A DNA stretch of 64,000 nucleotides, taken from an uncultured Lachnospiraceae bacterium (GTDB taxonomy: Bacteria; Bacillota; Clostridia; TANB77; CAG-508). Where the stretch lies: assembly GCA_945917765.1 (NCBI GenBank), contig CAMEHU010000001.1, forward strand, positions 29,113-93,112, written 5' to 3'. The first letter of the stretch is position 1; the number at the start of each line of letters is the position of its first letter. Both the position numbers and the translations under genes were made by a program. Shown piece by piece: positions 11,046-21,453 of the stretch. The notes under the pieces were generated by a model. The model did no database searches. It was not told the origin of the DNA and saw only the letters and a list, made by a program, of their open reading frames with translations.

Positions 11046-11729
11046 TTATCTTCTTCCTGGCATCATTCCAATGATTCTTCCTGCGAAATCTCCAAAGTTT
11101 TGTGTTTGAATTACAACTCTACCTGGTCCAACTAATTTTGTTAAGAATAATCCTTCTCCACCTAAGAATATATTACCTAAACCTTTTACAGTTTCAATTT
11201 GATAAGATACTTTTGGCTCAAAACCTACTACATTTCCTGTATCAACTTTTAATACTTCTCCTGGTTGTAAATCTCTAACAATTGCATCACCATCAACTTC
11301 TAAGAAAATCATTCCATTTCCTTTTGCATGTTGTAATATGAATCCTTCTCCTCCAAATAATCCTGCTGTAAATCTTTTTGTAAATTTAACATTTAATTCA
11401 ACACTTGGTTGTGCTGCTAAAAATGCTCCTTTTTGAATAATAAATCCTTCAGGTAATTCAGCTAAATTAATAGGCATTACTGCACCTGGAACTGTTGTAG
11501 CAAATGCAACTTTAGCTTCATCTTTTTCAGCTGTATATGTTGACATAAATATTGATTCACCTGCGAACATTCTTCCCAAACTTTTCATTACTCCGCCTTT
11601 AGCATTAGTTGTCATTTTAATTCCTTCTGTTTGCCAAGCCATTCCGCCTCTTTGGGTATACATTGATTCTCCAGCATTTAATGTTACTTCAACTGCTGGA
11701 ACTGTATTTCCAACTACTTCATATTTCAT
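11046..11729 (-). CDS. TIGR00266/AIM24 family protein
   Basis: GRMFAGESIF, FGGEGFILQ, VDTGNVVGFE and GGEGLFLTKLVGPG motifs. Confidence 0.88.
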   Translation of the reverse strand: MKYEVVGNTVPAVEVTLNAGESMYTQRGGMAWQTEGIKMTTNAKGGVMKSLGRMFAGESIFMSTYTAEKDEAKVAFATTVPGAVMPINLAELPEGFIIQKGAFLAAQPSVELNVKFTKRFTAGLFGGEGFILQHAKGNGMIFLEVDGDAIVRDLQPGEVLKVDTGNVVGFEPKVSYQIETVKGLGNIFLGGEGLFLTKLVGPGRVVIQTQNFGDFAGRIIGMMPGRR

Positions 11730-11867
11730 AAAAAAATCCTCCTTTGTATTTTATGAAATAATTATATATTAAGTTATTTTTTTTAGCAAGTAAATTTTTT
11801 TTAATCTACTTGCTAAAAATTCTTTTTATTTATTAATAATATCTATAATCCTAAATCAATTATACTA

Positions 11868-13733
11868 TTAATTATTTTTTACTAATATATCTAAAATCTC
11901 AATTTCTTGATTCATATCATCATCGCCAATATCTTTAATTTCATTTTTCATATATTCTTTAAATTTAACTAAAGTATCAACATATTCTTCACTAACACTA
12001 AGTTTTTGAGATGTTCTTTCATTTTGTCCTAAAACGCTACGAACATCTTCAGTATCATTATATGGATAATCTACAATTCCAGTTTCACTTGTAACTAACA
12101 ATTTACTTTTATCAGCTTTTACTATAACATCTAATTCATTTTCAATGCAATTCATTCTTTCGTATAATATCCAATCTTTCATTAAATTAGCATATCTTGT
12201 TAAAACAATTGCTTTTCTAATTCCTGTATTATCATAACCTTCTTCAATATCTCCAAAAGTTACTTTTTGCTCGTTTGTATGATTATTTCCATTTACATCT
12301 TTATATGAAACAACTATATTAGTTTTTTGAGAACTTATTTTATCATATTGAGTTGTATATGATAAAGGTTTTAATTTTAATAAAATAACTCCGCCTTTTA
12401 CTTCACCTTCTGAATTACTGCTTGATGGAAATAATGTATTAACCTTCATAATTGTTCCTGTTGATTTATCTTTAGTATCTGTTCCATAAACACCTGCAAT
12501 TTCAAATTCATTTGAATCAAGTTTTAATTCTAAATCAAATACTAAAGGTGTAACCATATAATCAAATTCTTTACCCATTATTTTCTTAAATTCTTCTGAA
12601 CTGTGTACTGAATAGTAATTAGCACCTTTTACATCAGATAAACATTCAATAACTTCTGTATTAAAGTCAACACCTACTCCAACAAATGATGTATAAATTC
12701 CATTTTTAGCGTTATCTTTCACATATTTTGTTAAACCATCTTTAGATGTTTCTCCTAAATTTGGCATAGCATCTGTTATTACAATAATTCTATTTTCATA
12801 TTCTTCATTATTAAGCATTTCATCTGTAAATAATTCTGTTCCTTTTGTATACCCTGCTTCAAAATTTGTTCCACCTTGTGGCTCAATTTCTAAAATATGT
12901 TCTTTTATTTTATCAACATCTGTTTCACTTATTAAATTTACAGGCTTTGCTAAATATGAAGAATCATCAAATAATACAATTCCTAATCTATCATCTGGAT
13001 TTAATTGGTCAATTAAACAGTTTAATGATTCATTTGCAATAACCATTTTACTTCTGCTATCATCTTTATTACCTTCTTCTAATGAATTTCTTCTATCATA
13101 ATAATAATCTCTAAAGCTTGATGACATAGAACCTGAAATATCCATTACAACAACAAGATTTAATTTTTTTCTTTTAAAATCACTTTGTTTTATATTTGAA
13201 TTTAATCCAACTGTCATATAAAATTCTTGTTGTCCTGAGATTGGATCTTTTGAAATTGCTTTTGAATATGTTGGATAAAACATTTCATTAGACTTAATTT
13301 CATTGTTATTATTTCCTGTGTTAAAATAATAATCATAAAAAAGTCCATTATATGTTATATCTGTTGAAATTGGTAAATAATTATTTTTTATATTTTCTCT
13401 AAAATTATTTATATTCTTTGCACCACCAACAGAAAATCCTATATTTGCTTCATTTAAGTTCGCAGCCGCATCTGTTGAAACAAAACTTCCACTATTAATT
13501 GATTTGGCGCTTCCCTCTATCCTATCATATTTATCTGGTGTATATTCCCAATCATCAAATAATCCTTGCTTACTATAATTAGAATCTCCAATACCAACAA
13601 CACTTTTAGCATTCTTAAATATTTTTTCAAATCCTTCCCTATTGAAAATCCACAATGCTCCTAGACTTCCACCTAAAATACTTAGTATAATAATAATTAC
13701 TACTATACTTAAAATAACTTTTTTATTTTTCAT
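11868..13733 (-). CDS. Membrane-anchored VWA-domain protein
   Basis: N-terminal TM; MIDAS motif DISGSM; PQGGTN; IIVITDAMPN. Confidence 0.85.
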   Translation of the reverse strand: MKNKKVILSIVVIIIILSILGGSLGALWIFNREGFEKIFKNAKSVVGIGDSNYSKQGLFDDWEYTPDKYDRIEGSAKSINSGSFVSTDAAANLNEANIGFSVGGAKNINNFRENIKNNYLPISTDITYNGLFYDYYFNTGNNNNEIKSNEMFYPTYSKAISKDPISGQQEFYMTVGLNSNIKQSDFKRKKLNLVVVMDISGSMSSSFRDYYYDRRNSLEEGNKDDSRSKMVIANESLNCLIDQLNPDDRLGIVLFDDSSYLAKPVNLISETDVDKIKEHILEIEPQGGTNFEAGYTKGTELFTDEMLNNEEYENRIIVITDAMPNLGETSKDGLTKYVKDNAKNGIYTSFVGVGVDFNTEVIECLSDVKGANYYSVHSSEEFKKIMGKEFDYMVTPLVFDLELKLDSNEFEIAGVYGTDTKDKSTGTIMKVNTLFPSSSNSEGEVKGGVILLKLKPLSYTTQYDKISSQKTNIVVSYKDVNGNNHTNEQKVTFGDIEEGYDNTGIRKAIVLTRYANLMKDWILYERMNCIENELDVIVKADKSKLLVTSETGIVDYPYNDTEDVRSVLGQNERTSQKLSVSEEYVDTLVKFKEYMKNEIKDIGDDDMNQEIEILDILVKNN

Positions 13734-13850
13734 TTTTATTCCTCCTTAGCATTTTTTATTTTAAACATCCTTTGAAATTGTTTTTTGCTTATTTTTCAAA
13801 TAAATTTCTAGTGTGTTTTTTTCAATGCTATTATTTAGATGATTTTTTTC

Positions 13851-14840
13851 TCAACTTTTGTTGGTAAATTTTGAAAAAATTAAAAAAGTTATAAAAAGTA
13901 CAATTCCAATAACAGAAAATACAGCTTGGAAGCCATTTATTTTACTGTATTTTTCACTATTTGATACATCCACAGAAGTTATTTCTTTTGTTGATTCAGT
14001 ATTTGTATTTTCTTTACTTTCTTTATTAATATTTTCTTGCGAGTTTTCTTGATTATCAATTATATTGCTAATCTCATTATTACTCTTCTCTTCATTTATC
14101 ACAATACTACTATTTTCAGACTGACTTTCCTTTTTTTCTTCAGAAGGAGCTTCATTTGCTTTATCACTTTGATTATTAGTTTCTGCATTTTCAGACATAT
14201 TACCTTTTCCATCAAGTTCATTATCATGTGCCATATTTGTATAATTTTTCTTTTTCCAAAAATCTCCATTTGCACAAACAATAATAAAAGCCATAACTGC
14301 TCCGACCAAGCTTCCAATAGAAATTTTTAAACTATTAATTGCATTATAATATTTCCATTGCACAGTTCCTATAGGAATATTCATAATTTGCGAAATCTTT
14401 TTAAATGTAAAATTTGAAAGAACTTTAAGAGATACAATCATCTTTTCATCTTCTTTTAAACCACTAATCAATTTATTATAATATTCTCTATCAACAATAA
14501 TATCAATTTCATTTGAATTATTAGGCATTTCAAAGATTTCGTCTATGCTAATGTTAGGTTTAGACTTTCTAATAAATAAAAAACACTCATTTTTACAAAC
14601 TGTATATAACCAACTCGCCTCATTTTCACTAGGTAATTTATTTACATCTAATCTGTAAATTTTTGTAAATATTTCATGTGTTATATCTTCAGCATCTGCC
14701 TTGTTTTTTATAATTGAAAAAACAATTCCATACACTAAACTATAATATTTTTCATATAAAATATTGTATGCATTTTGATTTTTGTTTTTTAAACTATTGA
14801 ATAATTCATGTAATTCTTTTTTATTTAATTTACTCATCAA
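13851..14840 (-). CDS. ECF-type sigma-70 factor fused to two TM segments and an acidic linker
   Basis: Region 2 DAEDITHEIF...SWLYTVCKN; region 4 TFKKISQIMNIPIGTVQW; two hydrophobic segments in the C-terminal extension. Confidence 0.82.
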   Translation of the reverse strand: MMSKLNKKELHELFNSLKNKNQNAYNILYEKYYSLVYGIVFSIIKNKADAEDITHEIFTKIYRLDVNKLPSENEASWLYTVCKNECFLFIRKSKPNISIDEIFEMPNNSNEIDIIVDREYYNKLISGLKEDEKMIVSLKVLSNFTFKKISQIMNIPIGTVQWKYYNAINSLKISIGSLVGAVMAFIIVCANGDFWKKKNYTNMAHDNELDGKGNMSENAETNNQSDKANEAPSEEKKESQSENSSIVINEEKSNNEISNIIDNQENSQENINKESKENTNTESTKEITSVDVSNSEKYSKINGFQAVFSVIGIVLFITFLIFSKFTNKS

Positions 14841-14913
14841 TTACACCTCCTAATTTATTACAAATAATTTATACTATTTTTCTATTCTTTAAATTTATAT
14901 TTATTAAGTCACA

Positions 14914-15540
14914 CTAAATTTTGTTTTTACATAATTCACTAACTGGACACTCATTACATTTTGGATTACGTGCATTACAAATTTTTCTCCCATGCCAAAC
15001 TAATAAATGATTTGCATCATAATAAAATTCTTTTGGAATAACTTTTAATAAATCTTGTTCAATTTTTTCTGGGTCTGTATTTTTTGATAATCCTAATCTA
15101 TTTGAAATTCTTTTAGCATGTGTATCTACCGCTATTCCTTGTGGTGAATTAAAAGCCTCTAGCATAACAACATTTGCACTTTTTCTCCCAACTCCAGGTA
15201 ATTTCATAAGTTCTTCCATAGTTTTAGGAACTTCTCCGTTAAATTCTTTTAAAATCATTTCTGCAGTTAATTTAATGTTTTTCGCTTTATTTTTATAAAA
15301 ACCACATGGATGAATTATTTTTTCTAACTCTGATAATTCCATTTTGCAAATAGCTTCAGGTGTTCCATATTTTTCAAATAACTTAGGTGTTGTTTTATTT
15401 ACTCTTTCATCTGTGCATTGTGCTGATAACATTACTGCAACTACCATTTGAAATGGTGTTTGAAAATCTAAGCTACATGTTGCATCAGGATAATATTGTT
15501 TTAATGTTTTTATTATATTTATTGCGTCTGATTTTTTCAT
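14914..15540 (-). CDS. nth: Endonuclease III
   Basis: LSAQCTD, HhH LPGVGRKSAN, AVDTH, and the 4Fe-4S motif CNARNPKCNECPVSELC. Confidence 0.97.
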   Translation of the reverse strand: MKKSDAINIIKTLKQYYPDATCSLDFQTPFQMVVAVMLSAQCTDERVNKTTPKLFEKYGTPEAICKMELSELEKIIHPCGFYKNKAKNIKLTAEMILKEFNGEVPKTMEELMKLPGVGRKSANVVMLEAFNSPQGIAVDTHAKRISNRLGLSKNTDPEKIEQDLLKVIPKEFYYDANHLLVWHGRKICNARNPKCNECPVSELCKNKI

Positions 15541-15659
15541 TTTTATGTGCTCCTTGATTGTTTAATAATTATTTATATTATACCAGATAAACATAATTTT
15601 TCAATATATTAATTCCACATAATAAATGTATAGTTTTTTTCTAAATTCATTATACAAAA

Positions 15660-15694
15660 AAAAGACAGATTGAAAAATTCCAATCTGTCTTTTT
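15660..15694. terminator. Bidirectional intrinsic terminator
   Basis: aaagacagattg...caatctgtcttt stem with A and T tails. Confidence 0.8.
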
Positions 15695-15724
15695 AAAGCG
15701 GTGAAATTTCACCCTAGAACCGAG

Positions 15725-15865
15725 CTATCCTATAAAGTAGTATTTACCCAAGGTTCTAATCCATTCTTTCTGCGTCATTTCTTTAGACTGTTTATAGATC
15801 TGTTCCGGATTTTCCTTGAGGATCTTCCGGATTACCTTGTCAACGGTTTCTCTAATAATAGCCAT
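15725..15865 (-). CDS. Unannotated 46-aa protein MAIIRETVDKVIRKILKENPEQIYKQSKEMTQKEWIRTLGKYYFIG
   Basis: AGGAAGGAG RBS, a perfect sigma-A promoter upstream and a terminator downstream; below the ORF-track length cutoff. Confidence 0.7.
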   Translation of the reverse strand: MAIIRETVDKVIRKILKENPEQIYKQSKEMTQKEWIRTLGKYYFIG

Positions 15866-15902
15866 AAATGATGTACGCTCCTTCCTGTAATAATGTACTT
15901 TC

Positions 15903-15931
15903 ATTATACTTCATTTTTCTCAATTTGTCAA
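15903..15931 (-). promoter_or_regulatory. Consensus sigma-A promoter
   Basis: TTGACA-17 bp-TATAAT on the minus strand. Confidence 0.85.
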
Positions 15932-16026
15932 CCCAATTGTTTTAACGCATTATTTGAATGATGCATAAATTGTACAAAAAACAGGAGTCTCTCTCTCTGT
16001 GCATTAACTAAATAGATAGCGCTTAC

Positions 16027-16620
16027 CTAGATTACAACGACGTTATTACCAGGCTTGATTTTGTAGAAGAATTCCTCGAAAAATTTAACTGGGAAAAAAC
16101 AACTACCGTCTTGAAGCATACTGCCTTCTTTTTTATCGAGTTTAAGAAGCATTAAATTATCAATCTGCTTTAAAGAACCCGAAATACAAAAAGCATGCTT
16201 TTGCAGTACTGACAAATCGTTGAAATAATTCCAAAGAACTCTTTCTGAATACGCTTCTGGCTGATATTTTTCAACCTCGTTGATTTTTCTAGTTATTACA
16301 ATTGAATCAGCTATCGACACACCACGGAAAGTGTGCATCAATTCCATATTAATATTTCCTGTAGCAAAGAAATTTTGCTGATCTCTTGCTACAAAATCCC
16401 TCAATGAAATGAGGTTATATTTTTTCTGGTTACGCAGCTGTTCGCATGCCTGTGCGATTTGTTTTTCATTTAAGCTTTTGCTTACATCATTAATACTGAT
16501 ATCACGTACGCCTAAGCCATTCATCAGATTCTGTGGTGTTGCAATCATCTTGCTTTCTAACCGCACATATCTATTTTCGTTATCAACGCTACTCCTGTCC
16601 TTTGATGAAAAAAGACCCAT
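16027..16620 (-). CDS. Hypothetical protein (orphan, higher GC than flanks)
   Basis: 197-aa ORF with a GAGG RBS; no recognised motif. Confidence 0.7.
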   Translation of the reverse strand: MGLFSSKDRSSVDNENRYVRLESKMIATPQNLMNGLGVRDISINDVSKSLNEKQIAQACEQLRNQKKYNLISLRDFVARDQQNFFATGNINMELMHTFRGVSIADSIVITRKINEVEKYQPEAYSERVLWNYFNDLSVLQKHAFCISGSLKQIDNLMLLKLDKKEGSMLQDGSCFFPVKFFEEFFYKIKPGNNVVVI

Positions 16621-16869
16621 TGTTCCTCTTTCCTTTCATAAAATTTGGTTTAACTTCCCAATCTGACCTAAAGGCTGTTAATAAACATCCTTATTGGTGG
16701 AAAACCGTCTTCTATGAAGTATTATTCCACATAGATGCGTTAGGTACAAATCCTCTGCGCGCAGGTTGCGTGCTATGTATTGACTGTACATAAATTTGAT
16801 ACCTTTTCCTCCTTTTTGATTGATACCCCACCATGGGGACCTATTGAGATTTTTACCTCAATGAGATGT

Positions 16870-16898
16870 ATTCTAACATTCTATTTTTATGCTGTCAA
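16870..16898 (-). promoter_or_regulatory. Sigma-A promoter for the orphan islet
   Basis: TTGACA-17 bp-TAGAAT with an extended -10 TG, followed by hairpins and an AAGGAGG RBS. Confidence 0.7.
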
Positions 16899-17139
16899 TA
16901 TTTTTTTCCATAACTTTTAAAAATTTTTTAATTTATATTTCACAAGTAATATTATATATTCTTGACATGATTTTTTACTTAATATCAGTAGCTATAATGC
17001 CTTAAAAATCAAGAAAAAAGGCAATCCCTATTTAGAGATTGCCAAATAAAAATTAAAACTTAGAAATTTTTTCTTCAATTTTTATATCATTTTATGTAAA
17101 TTTCAGCAAGTGATTTATAAAATTTCTCGCCAAAAACCC

Positions 17140-17168
17140 TTGACTTTTACCACATTTTGTTATAAAAT
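17140..17168 (+). promoter_or_regulatory. Sigma-A promoter of rplM-rpsI
   Basis: TTGACT-17 bp-TAAAAT. Confidence 0.75.
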
Positions 17169-17184
17169 AGTAAAGCAATTAAAT

Positions 17185-17242
17185 TGACATATGACTTGAA
17201 GGCAAACTTCTCCCCGGTGGTTTCACTTTGAGTTTCATATAT
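17185..17242 (+). ncRNA. Putative L13 ribosomal leader
   Basis: Hairpin atatga..ttgaag/ctttgag..tcatat enclosing CCCCGG in the rplM 5' UTR, where Bacillota L13 leaders occur. Confidence 0.5.
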
Positions 17243-17280
17243 AAATAAATTATTTTATGAAATGGAGGGTAATTTTTACC

Positions 17281-17715
17281 ATGAATAACACTACATATGT
17301 ATTAAAAGGAAATGAAATCGAAAGAAAATGGTATATAATTGATGCTGCAAACAAACCATTAGGTAGAGTAGCAACTGAAGCTGCTAAATTATTAAGAGGA
17401 AAACACAAACCAACTTATACACCAAACATGGATGCAGGAGATCATGTAATTATACTTAATGCAAGTGAAGCAATTTTCACTGGAAAAAAATTAGATCAAA
17501 AAGTTTATAGACATCACTCAGGATATATTGGTGGTATGAAAGAAACTACTGCTAGAGTAATGATGGAAAAAAATCCTGAAAAAGCAATGATGTTAGCAAT
17601 CAAAGGTATGCTTCCTAAAAATTCATTAGGAAGACAAATGATTAAAAAAGTAAGAATTTATGCTGGTAGTGAACATGAAAATGCAGCACAAAAACCAGAA
17701 ATTTGGAATTTCTAA
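17281..17715 (+). CDS. rplM: 50S ribosomal protein L13
   Basis: [26 protein letters not shown]; start moved to ATG 17281 after the GGAGG RBS. Confidence 0.98.
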   Translation: MNNTTYVLKGNEIERKWYIIDAANKPLGRVATEAAKLLRGKHKPTYTPNMDAGDHVIILNASEAIFTGKKLDQKVYRHHSGYIGGMKETTARVMMEKNPEKAMMLAIKGMLPKNSLGRQMIKKVRIYAGSEHENAAQKPEIWNF

Positions 17716-17741
17716 TTTATTATTAAGGGAGGAAATAAAAA

Positions 17742-18149
17742 ATGCCTAAAGCAAAATCAGAAAAAATAGTTTTCTACGGTACAGGAAGAAGAAAAAAATC
17801 AATTGCAAGAGTTAGATTAGTTGAAGGAACAGGTGTTATCACAATTAATGGTAGAAATATTGATGAATATTTCGGTGCTGAAACTTTAAAAGTTATAGTA
17901 AGACAACCATTAACAGCAACAGACACTGTTACAAAATATGATGTAATTTGTAAAGTAATCGGTGGAGGATTTACAGGTCAAGCTGGAGCTATCCGTCATG
18001 GTATTTCAAGAGCTTTATTACAAGCTAATGGTGAATACAGACCAACTTTAAAATCTGCAGGTTTCTTAACAAGAGATCCTCGTATGAAAGAAAGAAAGAA
18101 ATATGGTTTAAAGAAAGCAAGACGTGCACCACAATTCTCAAAGAGATAA
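17742..18149 (+). CDS. rpsI: 30S ribosomal protein S9
   Basis: [32 protein letters not shown]. Confidence 0.99.
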   Translation: MPKAKSEKIVFYGTGRRKKSIARVRLVEGTGVITINGRNIDEYFGAETLKVIVRQPLTATDTVTKYDVICKVIGGGFTGQAGAIRHGISRALLQANGEYRPTLKSAGFLTRDPRMKERKKYGLKKARRAPQFSKR

Positions 18150-18185
18150 TTACAATACGGTTTTTATGAAATCGTTAAAGCATAC

Positions 18186-18228
18186 AGAAATGTTACTTTT
18201 GTTAAAGAGAGTAACATTTCTTTTATTT
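18186..18228 (+). terminator. rpsI terminator
   Basis: agaaatgttact...agtaacatttct stem followed by a T tract. Confidence 0.75.
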
Positions 18229-18283
18229 TCATAAAAAATTTATTCAACATGTGGATCTCAAATATAAAACATCCTTATATTTA

Positions 18284-18348
18284 TGTCGAATTATATCAAA
18301 TTATGTCTAACGATTTTTCTTGCATATTTCCCCTCTTTATACTAAAAT
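18284..18348 (+). promoter_or_regulatory. Spo0A-like box triplet plus sigma-A promoter upstream of the Rpn gene
   Basis: TGTCGAA (18284), TATCAAA and TGTCTAA at a 10-bp period; TTGCAT-17 bp-TAAAAT at 18320-18348. Confidence 0.5.
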
Positions 18349-18531
18349 ACATTTAGAAACTTTTTGTTTCGTTTTGTAAATATTTTAATCTTTAAATTAT
18401 ATGTTTTTATTTTTATAATTTAATCAACATATTTGAATTCACAATTCAAATATTCTTTTAAGTAGTAAAAATTCTAGCTACTATTATCAAATTTTAAAAA
18501 AATTTAACTATTAGAAAGAAGATGATGCTTA

Positions 18532-19389
18532 TTGAAATTATTAGACCCTACTATTGACTATGTTTTCAAAAGGATTTTTGGTTATGCAGGTAATGAGAAA
18601 ATCACTGCCGGTTTATTAAGTGCTATTTTGGAAGAACCTGTTTATGATGTTAATCTTGATACAAATCCAATTTTAGAGAAGGACCTTATTGATGATAAGC
18701 TTGGAATACTTGATATTAAAGCAAATATTGGTAAACATACTGTTTGTGATATAGAGATGCAAGTTGTTGATAAGAATAATTTATTGGAAAGACTATTATT
18801 TTATTGGAGCAAACTCTATGAAAAAAATGCAAAGACTGGTATGAACTATATTAAATTAAAAAAAACTATTGTAATAATGTTCGCTGATTTTGAGTTAAAA
18901 GATTTTTCTAATATTAATAAATATGTAACTCAATGGAATATTAAAGAGAAAGATTATGTAGATTGCGTATTGACAGACCTTATTCAATTATATATAATAG
19001 AAATGCCTAAGTTTACTAAATATAGCACAAACACAGTTCTTGATACTTGGGTAAAATTTATTAAAAATCCTGAGGTGATCAATATGGCAGATGAAAAAAA
19101 TAATGAATCTCTTAAAGCTGCTAAAAAAGTTTTGGAAGATATTAGTCAAGATGAACATGAAATATATTTAGCAGAATTGCGTGAAAAATATATTATGGAT
19201 CAAAAAGCTATTGCGGCTAAAGGCTTTGAAGATGGCGTTCAGGCTGGTATTGAACAGGGCATTGAACAGGGCATTGCACAAATAATATCCAATATGCTTA
19301 AACAAAATGTTCCTTTAGAAGATATTGCAAAATTTACCAATTTAGATATTAAAAAAATCAGATTAATTATGAATAAATCAAATAATTAA
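18532..19389 (+). CDS. Rpn family recombination-promoting nuclease / PD-(D/E)XK putative transposase
   Basis: DPTIDYVFKRIFG, LDIKA...DIEMQV, RLLFYWSKLY, IIEMPKF and a GIEQGIEQG tail. Confidence 0.9.
   Translation: MKLLDPTIDYVFKRIFGYAGNEKITAGLLSAILEEPVYDVNLDTNPILEKDLIDDKLGILDIKANIGKHTVCDIEMQVVDKNNLLERLLFYWSKLYEKNAKTGMNYIKLKKTIVIMFADFELKDFSNINKYVTQWNIKEKDYVDCVLTDLIQLYIIEMPKFTKYSTNTVLDTWVKFIKNPEVINMADEKNNESLKAAKKVLEDISQDEHEIYLAELREKYIMDQKAIAAKGFEDGVQAGIEQGIEQGIAQIISNMLKQNVPLEDIAKFTNLDIKKIRLIMNKSNN
19084..19389 (+). CDS. Putative in-frame internal small protein (RpnS-like, 101 aa)
   Basis: GAGGTG at 19072-19077, six nt before an in-frame ATG at 19084. Confidence 0.6.
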   Translation: MADEKNNESLKAAKKVLEDISQDEHEIYLAELREKYIMDQKAIAAKGFEDGVQAGIEQGIEQGIAQIISNMLKQNVPLEDIAKFTNLDIKKIRLIMNKSNN

Positions 19390-19548
19390 TTTATTTAAAC
19401 GGATTACAAAGATTTTTATATTTACAAAAAATAGTAGGGTTGATTACGCTATTTTATCAACTCTGCTATTATTTTAAACATTTTATTATAATACAATTTG
19501 TTTCCAATTAAAACTCATTTAGGACTATTTAAGTGTATATTATAATAA

Positions 19549-19860
19549 CTATACAATATACAAAAGCTTCCTGTTATTACCATCGGTATTGGAGAGGTTT
19601 CTAAGCTCAAGGATCTTCCCAAAACAATATGTCATAATGACAAAGGCGAAGTTGTTATTGCAACCAAAGAAGCTCCTGATGGATGCATTTACGATCAGTC
19701 TCGTATAGCTGTGGTTCGTGTAATTGGTGGCAAAGTCCTTATAAATGGCTTATATGACATCTATGCTCCAGACCCAAGCAAAATCGAGAAATTACTCAGT
19801 AATAATCCATTCGAGCTTCTTGGTGAACCCGGAATGCCCGGAAATCTGTACACGCCACTT
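19549..19860 (+). pseudogene. Headless gene fragment of unknown family
   Basis: About 100 open codons of protein-like sequence (QKLPVITIGIGEV...GEPGMPGNLYTP) with higher GC, no RBS or start at the 5' end, running into a T-rich tract. Confidence 0.45.
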
Positions 19861-19936
19861 TTTTTATATTATCATTTCTTTATACTACTCTCCCACTTTT
19901 TATCTTTCTATTTCTTTATACTGCTCATCCACATTT

Positions 19937-21217
19937 TTACCTTTCTATTTCTATTTCTTTATACACCTCCCCTACTAAATCATACATCTCTCTAATTGCT
20001 TTTCCATTAATATCTTCTTTGTTTTTAACCACCGGAATATTTATATGAAGATAATTATCAGCATCATCTGGGAAGCTTGTAACTTTTCCTTTTGGAAAAT
20101 GATATAATGCCCTTTCAAAATTCTTTAATAGTCTTTCTGTTTTTATTTCACTTACTAAATCTGGACTTGCACAACTTGTTTTTAAGATATCTTTTTCTAT
20201 CTCATACCACTTTGATTCATCTTCCTGCATTTTAGGATTCCATTTGTTATTAAATCTATCTATTAAAAACTTGTTTCTTTTTTCATGATATTCATAATCT
20301 AAAACATACATACTTGGAATTTCGATATTTGTTATTCCCTCTTTATTTAACATTGATATAAATACACTTAATGCTACAATGTTTTTAGGCTCTATCCTAT
20401 CTTTGTATTCTTCTGGAACCTCATCATTAACTGTATATTTTTTTCTGTTAATCTTTTTGTATAAATCGTTTTTTTCAGTTCTTACATTAAGATTTTGAAT
20501 TGAGCCAATATGACAAATTTTTTTACCATCTTTTTCATATATTCCATATCTTATAACAGGTAACATATATTGGGGAACATAGCTAGAATTAGAATATTTC
20601 ATTTTTTGCTTATCATATATTACAATTTCCATTTGTTTAAATGCTTCATCCCAAGTTCTAGCAATATTATTTTTTACTGTTACAATCATATTTTTCAAAA
20701 ATGGAGGTTCGCCTAAAACTGTTTCTTTATCAAACTTATTAAAAGTTGTATCTTTTAACATTTTTGCTTGTTTTTCTAAAAAAGCTTCTGGATTATTAAA
20801 GTCTACTGGTGTTGCTCTAAGCCAAATATCTAAGAAACAATTTCTCATTTCGTATTTTGGAAAGTCCATATCTTCAGTTCTTTTAAAATACAATTCGATA
20901 TTTTTTTCATATATTTGTCTTAGAAATTCGAAAAACTTTTTATAATCTTTTACAACCAATACTGGTGTTGTATCATTATTTTGAGTTTTTTCTTGTAAGG
21001 CTTTCATAACTTTTTTAGAGTTTTCTTTAAAAAAATCATTTTTACTAGCGTATTTGTTTAATTGTTTTTGAATAAAATCTAATGCTTCTTTTTCTCTAAA
21101 ATCAAACTTAAAATTAACTTCGTGTTTACTAAATAGAAAATCTTCTATTGTTCCTGCAATAAATTCTAGAGATACATTTTCAAAAGTTGGTTTTAAATCT
21201 GGCGCGATTTTTCTCAT
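19937..21217 (-). CDS. Hypothetical protein
   Basis: 426-aa ORF with an AAGGAG RBS; no recognised motif. Confidence 0.8.
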   Translation of the reverse strand: MRKIAPDLKPTFENVSLEFIAGTIEDFLFSKHEVNFKFDFREKEALDFIQKQLNKYASKNDFFKENSKKVMKALQEKTQNNDTTPVLVVKDYKKFFEFLRQIYEKNIELYFKRTEDMDFPKYEMRNCFLDIWLRATPVDFNNPEAFLEKQAKMLKDTTFNKFDKETVLGEPPFLKNMIVTVKNNIARTWDEAFKQMEIVIYDKQKMKYSNSSYVPQYMLPVIRYGIYEKDGKKICHIGSIQNLNVRTEKNDLYKKINRKKYTVNDEVPEEYKDRIEPKNIVALSVFISMLNKEGITNIEIPSMYVLDYEYHEKRNKFLIDRFNNKWNPKMQEDESKWYEIEKDILKTSCASPDLVSEIKTERLLKNFERALYHFPKGKVTSFPDDADNYLHINIPVVKNKEDINGKAIREMYDLVGEVYKEIEIER

Positions 21218-21453
21218 ATTTTTTACTCCTTTTTTATATTTCTCCTACTTTTTACTATTTTTCCTGCTTTTTTATTTCATACTTTTTGATTATATATCTA
21301 GAGTTGTAACTAATATTTTCATTAGTTTATCTATTTATTACTACATTATTTTTACTCACTCTATTATAACACAAAAATGATTAATATCATATACTTTGCA
21401 AGTATTTTTTATGTTTACTAGTTATAGTTTAACACTTTTTGTCTTTTGAGTAG

